Shown piece after piece: positions 53,551-64,000 of a stretch of DNA of 64,000 nt. The notes beneath the pieces were generated by a model. It worked only from the letters and a program-made list of their open reading frames with translations, was not told the origin of the DNA and did not search any database. This DNA comes from Callorhinchus milii (lineage: Eukaryota). The first letter of the stretch is position 1. The number at the start of each line of letters is the position of its first letter. The translations under genes and the position numbers were made by a program. The stretch is taken from assembly GCF_018977255.1 (NCBI RefSeq), contig NW_024704742.1, forward strand, positions 63,552,001 to 63,616,000, read 5' to 3'.

Positions 53551-54285
53551 TGTTAGAATTTACACTTTTTGTATGATGTTGGAATCATAATAGATGTTGC
53601 GAATGGGTTAACTTTTAAGTTAAGTGTGTTGTGGGCAGCTGGACTGAAACTCACTTCACGTACACGAGATAACGGACTGTCTCAAGGACGGTGTGTTTGT
53701 GTGTGTGAGGCACGTACACCCCATGAGGTGTTCACGTGAACCCAGCATGATTTCGACCGGGTGATTAATATCCGCACCATGATTGGATGAACATTGGTAT
53801 AAGAGTTCGAATAACTTTGTGAACGGGGCCGTCCCGGGTCGCGGAGACAAAGACAAGGGAGATGGAGCCGTCCCGGGTTGCGGAGACAAGGATACGGGAG
53901 ATGGAGCCGTCCCGGGTCGCTGAGACAAGGATAAGAGAGATGGAGCCGTCTCGGGCTGCGAAGACAAGGGTACGGAGATGGAAGACTGAGAGCTGGAAAC
54001 ACTAAGACTGAGGATATCAGATGGAAGATTGAAAGCTGTTAGCAAGAAGACTGAAAGCATGAAGAATCAAGCTTGTGTGCTGGAAAGACACAGTGTTGAA
54101 CTCTTGAACTCGAGATATCTATAGTGGTGTTATTCTGTTGTAAGATCTGTTGATTGTACCTGCCTTTGGTCTGACCCATCGGGATATTGGGGAATAACGA
54201 ACGAATAATAATAAAACAGTCTGATATCTGGTTAGAGGAATTAGCGTTATTTCCTTACAGATTTGGCTGATTTTATTTTCTAACA
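53551..54285 (+). mobile_element. Solo LTR (735 bp)
   Basis: TGTTAGAA...TTCTAACA inverted ends; CCCT 4-bp TSD on both sides; ATTGG twice, TATAA at 53798, AATAAA at 54210. Confidence 0.85.
53828..53983 (+). repeat. 39-bp tandem repeat, four copies, inside the LTR
   Basis: GCCGTCCCGGG-like unit starts at 53828, 53867, 53906 and 53945. Confidence 0.92.
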
Positions 54286-55204
54286 CCCTCTCACTCCAAC
54301 CCCTACCCATCCCTCCCTCCATACCTTCAAACTTGCCTCCACTTCCTCTCTCATCACCACTAAAACCCACATGAAACCCACCACCTGCTCCCTGAGCCCT
54401 AACCCTACACTTCTCCTTACCTCCCAGCTCCACCTCCAACCCCCCCTACTCACAGACATCATAAACTGTCCATTGGCACCATTCTCACCCCTCTAAAAAC
54501 AGCCGTCATCACTTCTATCCTCAAAAAACCCTCCATAGACCCATACCTGCTCTCAAACGACTGTCCCATCTCCACCTCCCTTTCCAAGGTCCTGGAACGA
54601 GTCGTTGCTTCCCAGTTTCACTCCTTCCTCTCCCTCCACTCCCTTCACGAAGCCCTGCTACTGGGTTTCTATGCTGCCCACAGCACCGAAACAGCTTTGG
54701 TCAAAGTGACAAATGACATTTTGTCCATCTGCGACCAGGGCTCTCTGCCTCCTCGTCCCCCACGACCTCTCTGCTGCCTTCGATAACGTTGACCACTCCA
54801 TCCTCTTCCACCACCTCTCCTCAACCTTCATGGTTCTTCCATGAATGGTTCAGATCCTATCTCTCACACCGTCTCCACTTCATCTCCACAAACGGCTTCT
54901 CCTCTAGCCCTCGCACCATCTTGTGAGGAGTTCCTCAGGGCTCTGTCCTTGGTCCCCTTCTTTTCAGTATGAATATGCTCCCTCTTGGTGAGATCATCCG
55001 CAGACATGGGGTCAATTTCTTCATGTATGCGGATGACACCAAACTCGATCTCTCTGCTTCCACTCGAGTCCAGGACCACTGCTGTCCTGACAGAATGTCT
55101 GTCAGACATCAAGTTATCAACTTTCTACAGTTGAACGTCAACAAGACCTCATTATTGGCTCCCATCAGCACCCCCACACTTCAGGCACTGACAGCATCAC
55201 CATC

Positions 55205-55519
55205 TAATAATAATAATGCATTTGATAAAGCGCTTTTCACGTCTTCTCGACGTCACAAAGCGCTTCACAGAATAGACTGTAAAGTGAATTGACTGTATAT
55301 TTGTGGGCGAACGCGGCAGCCAATTGCGCACAGCAGTACCCCACAAACAGTCGTAGATTGAAGATGACCAATTTATTATTGTTTTTTGTTTTGGAGGGAT
55401 TATTATTAGGCTCTGTGTGGAGTAAGGAAACTTGCCCAAGGTTTCGCCCTCTGCCTGGAATTGAACTCAGGTCTCTCGCTTGCAATGCGAGTGCTCTAAC
55501 CACTGAGCTACAGGTCTCC
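55205..55519 (-). mobile_element. Full-length tRNA-SINE inserted in L2
   Basis: Short-subfamily body. Confidence 0.9.
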
Positions 55520-55715
55520 ACGAAGGATGCATCCAAGGATGCACCCTCCACTTTACTAAGTCAGTACAGAATCTTGGTGTCTTTTTTGACCCTAAACTAT
55601 CCTTTCTACCCCACATCCGTGCAGTGTCCCGCTCTGTCTTCCCCCACCTCCGCCACTGTCTCACACCATAGGCGACCGAGACCCTCATACACGTATTCAT
55701 AACATCCAGGCAGGG

Positions 55716-55950
55716 ATAATAATAATCCCTCCAAAACAAAACAATAATAAGTTGGTCATTTTCAATCCACGACTGTTTGTGGGACATTGCTGTGCGCAAT
55801 TGGCTGCCTCGTTTCGCCCACAAATATACGGTCAATTCACTTTACAGTCTATTCTGTGAACCACTTTGAGACATCGACAAGACGTGAAAAGCACTATATC
55901 AAATGCAAGGATTATTATTATCAAATAATTATTATTATTATTATTATTAT
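55716..55950 (+). mobile_element. 5'-truncated tRNA-SINE inserted in L2
   Basis: Matches the SINE 3' part; long (ATT)n tail. Confidence 0.88.
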
Positions 55951-56639
55951 GTGCAAACTCCCTGCTTGTCGGCCTCCCCAACTCTTCCCTCCATAGGCTG
56001 CAGATCATCCAGAACTCTGAGGTCCGTGTCCTCTCCCGCACCAGTCTCCGCGATCCTATCATCCCCATTCTCACCCGACTCCACTGGCTTCCCATCACAT
56101 AGAGGATACAGTTCAAGATCCTGGTCCTCACCTTCAAAGCCCTCCATGGCCTTGCTCTCCTCTACCTCTGTGACTTCCTAACCCCCTACCAACCTGCCCG
56201 CTCCCTCGGTTCAGCGGGCTCCAGCCCGCTTCACATCCCCTGCTTCACCCGCCCTACCATTGGTGGGCAGGCCTTCTGCAACTCTGCCCCCACCCTCTGA
56301 AACTCCATCTCGCAGTCCCTCCGACTTGCCCCCTCCTTTGCCTCCTTCAAGACCCGTCTCAAGAGCCTCCTCTTCTACATACGTAGTACAACATTGCCTG
56401 CCTCCACCATGTCCTCACCACCCTCCACACACAATCAAAACCCTCACCCATATCTTTGTCGACCCCAGACATGACGCTTCTAAAACCCTGTTTGCAACCT
56501 CTGCTGTCACTTTATCCACCCTCAAACTTTCCACTCCCCCCCCACCCCAAACACACACACACCTTACTTTCTCCCTCTCTGCTTTCAAAAAAATCTGGAG
56601 ACCTAACCCTTTGGCTAACTCTCTCTCAACTAGGGACAA

Positions 56640-57440
56640 ATAGGAGGTCCGAACCAGCCGAGCAGAGGCAGCGGGCAGTGGAGTGAGGGATAAGCAAACT
56701 GGATAGGTATGGAGGGAATTAAGTGATTTGGAAACAGTGAGGGGATCTTGAAATCGATTTGTTCGGTGATTGGGAGCCAGTGGAGCCTGGCAAGGACTGG
56801 TGTGATGGGGATATATTTAGTGCGGCTGAGTATCCATACGGCGGAGTTTTGAATTAATTGGATTTTGTGTTTGGTGGAGCTGGGGAGACCAGCAAGGACG
56901 GCATTGGAATAGACCAGCCAAGAAGTGTCAGGGAGTGGACGAAGGTTTCAGCGACGTCAGTTGTGAGGTATGGACGGAGGCGGACAATATGGCGGAGGTA
57001 GAAAAAAGCAGTCCTGGTGAGGGGACAGATGTGTAGTAGAAAGGAAAGCTGGGGATCGAACCTGACGCCTAAGTTGCGCATGGGTTTGGAGAGTCTGTGG
57101 GAGAGCTCTGGGAGGTCGAGGAGTTCAGACCCGCAGGAGAGAAGACATTGACAGGAGCCAAAAAGTATGGCTTCCTTTTTGCCGACATTCAGCCGCAGGA
57201 AATTTGTGCTCATCCAGGCCATGATGTCCATCAAACAAGCTGACAGGACATCAGTGAACTGGTAGTCACAGCTGGAGGAGGAAAAGTAGATTTGGGTGTC
57301 ATCCGCATACATGTGGAAGTTGACAATACGATGCGATTACATCACCAAGAGGGTGCATATAGATGAGGAAAAGAAGGGGGCCAAGGATGGAGCCTTGGGG
57401 TACCCCGCAGGTGACCAGGCGAGGGTGAGAGGAAGAAACA
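56640..57440 (-). mobile_element. L2 LINE ORF2 remnant
   Basis: YADDTQIY, WMSTNFLRLNVGK and RNLGVRFDPQLSF motifs. Confidence 0.88.
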
Positions 57441-58216
57441 TTGGAAAGGAAACATTTTCCCTATGAGAAAAGAGCTGTATCAGTGCAAACTGATGCTGTT
57501 GCTGTATTACGAAGTCAGTTTTCAAATGCAGCTGGCTAATCTGTTGTGCCTCATGTGTGAAATTTTATAAAGTGACTTCTGAGAATTCAAGTAAATTCTA
57601 CCTACCAGTGCCCTCATCCACTGGTTTCGGTACCTCCAACATATAAATGAGATAGGATTTCCCCCAAAATATTCCCAAAACTCACAATTATCTAAATGCC
57701 ACTACACAGACTTAATTTTGCTTTCTCATCTGAGAAGTGGGCCATAGGCAATAAGTCATCTTTTCATTTGTTCTGTAAAAGGCTAACAAAACTACAACAA
57801 AAGGTCAGAAAGAATAACACCAACCAAGGGGAACAGCAATTGTAGGCCTTCAGGATATATATTTTTTAACATGTCTCATAATTCTAAATTTTTCTTAATA
57901 GNTTTTTGCGCCATCAATTGTCACTTTGGTCCATGTCCTTGATTGCATTGTGGCATTCAAACAGTCATTGGCAGTAGACATTTGCTAAGTTTTATCATGC
58001 CATTTTTTGCATGAATCAAAAATATACATTGCACGCCCAGGGCTACAAACATGGGACTAAAGTAGCTCTGAAAATTATCCCATTTAGCAGTTTGTTCATC
58101 CTGTTATATGTTAAATGTTGGAAATTAAACTCAATTATGATATGACATAAATAATGAAACTACATTGTATGACTGTGCATGGACAAAACAATTAATAATA
58201 ATCTTATTGCTCTCAC

Positions 58217-58376
58217 CTGTGGAAACATCACCATCCAGTAAGTTATCATCCTCAGATCCTGTAAAATCCATGATGACTCCGGCTCCGTCTAACAGTTCCT
58301 CATCACTACTGGCACTGGTTATACTGTTGTAACTGTTTCTATAATATCCTCTGGAAAACAGTTGCTCTGACTCCAT
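58217..58376 (-). CDS. CLCN3: CLCN3 first coding exon of the long N-terminus (160 nt CDS; the exon starts at 58391 after a ccag acceptor, so a non-coding exon lies further upstream)
   Basis: [38 protein letters not shown]...DDNLLDGD; donor G|gtgaga. Confidence 0.97.
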
Positions 58377-59359
58377 TTAGTATTTGGTGCTCTGGAGGGG
58401 AAAAGGAAAATGAAATTGCTTAACTTTGTAACATGATGCCACAAAAGTGTGATGTATAAACTGATATTCAAAAAGAGTATTGATTGTTAGGACATCCCAA
58501 GCGGCAGTCCTGGCTTGGCACCCCCAAAAAACCCTTGCATTTATATTCCGCTCTTCAAGAGAGCAACATCTGAGTACAGTACTTTGTTTTATTTTAAATT
58601 TCAAGTTTAATTATTCTGTCTGAATAAGCAAAAATGCTAATTTATTATTAAAAACATGAAAAAATTTAACCCATTTAAAGTATATGAGTAATTGTGTGAA
58701 AATGAAATATTAACAATATTTATCTGCTGGATGTTCATGCAATATAGCTCAATGTAGGCAAGTGTAAAAACCCTAACCCTCAATCCTCCAGTGAAAGTTT
58801 AAAAAAATGAATTTAAATGAAATATTAAACAACTGAATACACTTTTTGAATTTAAATGCATAATAAATCAACTTAAGCCTCTCAAAATTGCAGAAGGCAG
58901 GGCTCATCTCTCTTTAGGGGAAAACTGCATCTTATAAGAGAACAAAGGATTAAAATACTGTGAGGCTTTGAGGGGAAAAAAACGTCCCAGGGGAGAAGGA
59001 AAACATCTGGCTATAAAATGTTTAGATTCAGAACCTAAGGCTTTTTTTTGCTGAGGCAAAAAACAAAAATCTATGAGATCACAATAGCACAAGGAAACTA
59101 TGTGATAACTGTGATAACCCCAAGAACGCTTTCCAAAAATGGTGATTTCACAGTTTACTTTGAATCTTTCAGAAAGGGTAAGCTTTATTTCATACATTAA
59201 TTTCATAACAAATTGGGCACTATGCATTGTGACAATATGTGTTGCGAACCCATTTTTGCTCTGCCTAGTATACGTATGTGTTCTACATTGTACTTTTTTA
59301 AAGATTGAAAGATATGACACTCAGGTTTTTGTGTTAACTGAGATTATGAAAGGCAAATA

Positions 59360-59522
59360 CAGTAAGCTCCTGATAGCTCAACCCTGCCTAAACTTGTCAC
59401 CACCACTTAAATCATTATGCTGTCAATATTTATGTATTTATACATATGCCTAACTCACAATTCCTGATAACTCATCATTGAACCCTTTTCCCTTGGAGTG
59501 GCGAGTTATCAGGAGCTTACTG
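59360..59522. mobile_element. Complete Tc1/mariner (Tigger-like) MITE, 163 bp
   Basis: TA|CAGTAAGCTCCTGATAGCTC...GAGTTATCAGGAGCTTACTG|TA; 20-bp TIRs 19/20 identical; TA target duplication. Confidence 0.88.
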
Positions 59523-62114
59523 TAAAAACATTGTAAATTTAATATTTAGCATCAACACTGATCATGCGTTTGTTTACTTGAATTTTAGAAGTGCACCCTT
59601 CGTTGGGCCAGCCTGACTTTTTCCATTTCTCATACTTAGTACAATTAATTATGGCTTCCCTGACTGAGAATTAACTGAGTAAGCACTGCCCAAACTTGCC
59701 TCATGATGAATTTTTCCACTCAGTTGAGAGGAGATAATCAGTTCATCGGTCTGAATGCAGAAAGACACTGGTCCAACTCAACGCACCATAAGCACCACCC
59801 CCACCCCCCACCCACACACCTAAAAAAAATCCCTTTATGAGACTATACAGTACTGACACAAGCAGCATCTAAGATATTGCACCATATAAGTATTTGTGAA
59901 GACAAAAATAAAGTTATTAAAATAAATGAATTATACTTTGATTTATAGGAAGGAAAGAAAATAGTATTTGTATGCACTGCACTCTATGCATCCCATTGGC
60001 CACTACAAAAGGTGCACATAGTGAAACCATTGATGCTATCATCCTTTCATGCTCTATAAATCATGTGAATGACAATTCCTTGCAACAGAGCCCATATCTA
60101 TTTCTGTCAAATCAGTTCTACTGTCACTCACGAACACGCAGCTGAAAACATTTGTTCCTCACTTCTCTCCCTGCTTTATCTCAAACTATCCCACATGACT
60201 ACTGAACTGAAACGGTATCCATAAGCCTAAATTCCAGGCCTCTCCAAAGTGGATAATGCACTTACATTTCCCATCCTTGACAGATAAGCTCATTTTATTC
60301 TGTCGGTCACAGAAAAAATGGTGCTCACTAAACAAGGTCAGTAAATTTTCTGATGAGCAATGAATCCCCTTTAGATGACACACAGGTACCAGTGGAATGC
60401 AGGTTGCATCATCCTCTGGTTTTACAAAAGGAGATCACATCTTCTTTTGGAAATTTTATACCCAATTTTCGCTTTCAAGTGCTGATCGACCAGCTATGAT
60501 TTCATTATTATTGTTGAAGATCTGCTTAAAATATTCAATTAATGTCCTAATTTCAAACTACCAATATTTTGCTCAAAATTCAATATTAGCTCACAGTAAA
60601 ATATACTGCACCGCATACTCCTATTTCAATTTTATTTTAAAATTATTTCACAGTAACAAGTATGGTACTTCAGGCATTCCTATTTGCGGCAGCATGATTG
60701 TAACGCAAACAGAGGCTGTGCACTCCACAGCCGCAATGACATCCTCCAATGCCACATCAGACTCAAAACTGCAACATGATTGGGAATTTAAAAGTAATTA
60801 AGTACATTTTATCATAAAATTTTATGATAAAAATGACACCCCCAACCGGCTCCACCTGTGTGTGTGATAAATAAATAAGAGTAGAATTCATTGTTTTATT
60901 TTGAGATGCCAGCTTACAAAAAGCCAATCGCTCTTTATAAAACAAATAACACTTCAAATTTGTTTAATCTGCAAATGACAGCATAACTTCAAGCAGAAAT
61001 AACTGAACCAAAACAATGCTTTAAAGGCTACTGTCATACTACAGGGCACTTCCCAGTCAGCCTGTGCTCCTGAAACTCCCTCATGTTAATATGTGGAGCA
61101 AATCTGCACTGCAGCTGAATTCGTGTGTATGTGCATCAGCATAAATCTTACTACACAAGTGGGACCTGGATAGTAGAATTTTCCATAAATATCCATTTCC
61201 TGGAATTCACACAGTACGGTATAATTGTGTTGAGTTACTGGAGAAGCATTGTCCATTTTGTTTATTTTAAAAGAAAGCCTTTACTAACATGTGGTGATGA
61301 GAACTTAGACAAGTACATGACATTAAAGCTGCAATAAATATTGGTTTGCAAATATAATTTTAATAATTGTACATTCATGGCATTAATGTATTGGTATTAC
61401 CCATCCTTTTTGTTAACTGTTGTAACAGTGCTAACAAGCAAAAAATACACTACTTTAGACATATTGTGTTTTTCAATTATGAAATGCAAATGTGTATCGC
61501 AGCAAATGGAAAAGCATTCTACCCTAAATAACTTACATTTATATAGTTCCTCTCATTTAAAAATAAATATTTCAAGTTGATTTACAAAATATAAATGATT
61601 AAAAATGAAAAGGAATGCATATTATACGTAAACATGGCAGTCATTCTGCACTACCAACATTACATAGACAAAAAGGAAATAATAATATAAGATAAAATAG
61701 AATATAAGATTGGATAACTTGGAGAAAGACTCCATGATTCTTTGAAATATGGAGTTTTTTAAAAAACTAAAGCTATTGCAAATTAATGCCACGGTTATCA
61801 TGTAACTACGTAAGTTTCAGAATAAGCTAACATGACTAAATATTTAAAATATTAGAAATTTTTAAAACATAGTAAGACAATGCTGTAAAGCAATCTCAGT
61901 TTATAATAAGCAATAATTTATGAGTAAAACAAACTTTTACAATACAACTAAAAAACCCACATTCAACCACATGTCTTCCAATGTTCAAAATAAGACTAGA
62001 TTATTTTGTTTTCACTTGAGAAAGTAGCACAAAAATATCATGTGAATCATTTTAAATTAGTTATTGTAATAATCCCAGTATTAACCCATGATAGTTAACT
62101 GTATCCTGATTTCA

Positions 62115-62295
62115 TTTCCACATATCTGCACTGTCCAGCAGGGTTTAGTGCATAGTTAGCAAGAATGGGAACCCAAGTGTTTTTTTCCCTAACCCAGGAG
62201 GATAAGGCCAATTGTTAATATAGTAATCTCATTACTACTCCACTTTCAACAATTTAAATCATCACAGACCAGGGATCAATCCTGGAATCTTCACC
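62115..62295 (-). mobile_element. Ancient SINE remnant (AmnSINE2-like)
   Basis: The - strand reads CCAGGATTGATCCCTGGTCTGTG...ACAATTGGCC...CTGGGTTAGGGAAAA...GGGTTCCC...CCCTGCTGGA; family name from recall. Confidence 0.5.
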
Positions 62296-64000
62296 ACACT
62301 TTATTGGAAAAGCCTCTGATACTTTAAAGTACAGTACTTTTTCAAGTCATAATTTTTGCACATCAAAACCATACTGCCCTCCTGAGCTAAACTTTGCTGT
62401 TATAAGAATTTTGTAAGCACAGCAAAGCAAGGTGTTAATTCTATCCCATCATCACAGACATTAGAAACCAAATAGATTTGGAGGGTGGGGGAAGAGAAGG
62501 AAGACTCTTCTGAATCTGATATATCAATGACTTTGTTGCTGAACAAACTGTGAAATTCAAGTATAATAATGAAGAAAAAAAGATAAATTGCCAGGCCTTT
62601 AAATTAGTGGTGTCAAATTATATATAATAATAATACACATCTCAAAGCACTTCACAGGATATATTGTAAAGTGGATTGACTGTATTTTGTGGGTGAAATT
62701 CCAAAGATAAATTGTTGGAATGGGATGTGCACTCTCTCCCTCGAGGAATGCACACCTAATTCCAAAAATATTTGGCAACAGGTTGGCAAGAGTCAAGGGA
62801 TGGGGACCACAAAGTGTGCATTGTGGTATTGATGGAGTCAAACCAGCTAAAGCTTTCCTGCTGCGTTTGTCCAGCCAGGACCACTCAACCTGTCGGGCTT
62901 TGGCTTGCAGGGTTAACATGAGCTGAGTGGGATGATTCACTGCCCCCAGTGACTGGTCTGTCCTTCCAATACCTGCCGATGAGCCAGGCTGGCTGTGCTG
63001 TCATCAGCGGGGTCCTGGAATACTGTGGATCCGCCTGCGGCTCAGGAACCGGCCAACCAAGACTACCAAAGGGTGGGCTCGATTCCGAAATCCTGTTGCC
63101 AAACATGTCACCTTGGAACCAGTTCATCTCCCCTCCCCCACCGCCACCCAAGCAGCACAGTCACTAGTTGATCCTTTGACAACGGACAAGCGCAGGTTTG
63201 AGCCCTCACCAAGTGGACGGTGGATACTTTCCACGGTAACACGCTATTGTAATGTTCTATTTGNAAAAAAACTCAAAATTCTACACAAATAAACTTGAAT
63301 TAATGGTTTATTAATTCAGATTGGGATGTCCTCCCAACGTGAAAGGCGCTATACAAATCTAATTTGTTGTTGTTGCTTATGCTTAAGACATATTTCAAAG
63401 TACTCTTTACTTTTAGTTAGTTTTAAGCATGGTGAGAAGTAAGACACTTGCAACTGAATCACTACACCCCACAAACAGCGATCGTTTGTTTCCTCGTGGA
63501 TTTGATCACCGTAGAAACAATCTCCAGAACAGAGAGACAACCCTCTGCTCTTCTTTGAAAATAGTTACAGAATCAAGAGTAGCAGCTGGGCTCAGTTGGG
63601 AGCACGACTGCCGCTGAGTCAGAAGAGGGTTTACGCCTGCCATTAGAACAACAAGCTTTCTGTAGGCACGCTGGCTGCCACATTCAAGCACACAGGGTCA
63701 CTACACTTTTCAAAAAGCTTTATGAAGCCCTACTGACATTTCAACATGATAAGGTGCAGTTCCAAATATAAGGATTATTGTTTTAATAGTGCTCAAAAAA
63801 AGCCAGTATGGATAGAAAGGGCTTCAGTTTAACATCTCATCACAAAGGGAATCACAAACAATGTAGTATTCCCTTAGTATGTCACCACAGTATCAGCCTG
63901 GATGATGATCTGGGGATTCAAATCAAGGTTACGACCCAGAGATGACAGCACTACTGAGTGAAAATGATGCATATAAAATAATACATTTTCAGTTGTGCAA

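Larger units (their letters stand above)
54290..56400 (+). mobile_element. L2 LINE ORF2 (RT) remnant interrupted by two SINEs
   Basis: [38 protein letters not shown] and RLHWLPI...IQFKILVLTFKALHG motifs with frameshifts. Confidence 0.9.

Noticed and set aside
53828..53983. Regularly spaced repeats suggesting a CRISPR array or a repetitive protein (ORFs 53656-54060 and 53682-54002)
   Set aside because: The units are contiguous tandem copies with no unique spacers, lie inside a solo LTR in vertebrate DNA, and there are no cas genes
54290..57440. Reverse transcriptase motifs (YADD, also FADD near 51105) as a possible active or domesticated RT
   Set aside because: Multiple frameshifts, stops and SINE interruptions; ordinary dead LINE copies
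62870..63240. GC-richer patch with short ORFs, as a possible CLCN3 non-coding first exon or promoter
   Set aside because: No convincing donor on the - strand or CpG-island character, and no recognisable protein; the true first exon is probably beyond the window

Overview
Eukaryotic (vertebrate) genomic DNA, most likely from a cartilaginous fish. The repeat families suggest a chimaera such as Callorhinchus, but this is an inference. Two spliced genes lie tail-to-tail, as they do in human. On the + strand are the last six coding exons of HPF1/C4orf27 (964-8686). On the - strand is the complete coding region of CLCN3, the ClC-3 2Cl-/H+ exchanger: 12 constitutive coding exons, 58376 to 12382, 2457 nt = 818 aa. 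CLCN3 also has an alternative first exon (47699-47621, ClC-3c-type YLPY N-terminus) and a 76-nt frameshifting cassette exon (16425-16350), neither of which appears in the ORF track. The introns are packed with tRNA-derived SINEs, Deu-domain SINEs, CR1 and L2 LINE fragments, Tc1/mariner-type MITEs and a solo LTR. The most striking observations are: (1) two small fold-back elements carrying hammerhead-ribozyme motifs, one of which inserted into and duplicated a CLCN3 5' splice site; (2) a full-length alternative-frame ClC-3 C-terminus that lacks the terminal PDZ residue; (3) an apparent ectopic gene-conversion tract between CR1 copies 10.7 kb apart; (4) a compensated RNA hairpin shared by the SINE and L2 tails. 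Exon boundaries were read to the base; repeat boundaries are approximate unless TSDs or TIRs are given. Comparisons with human proteins and repeat consensi are from recall, not from searches.
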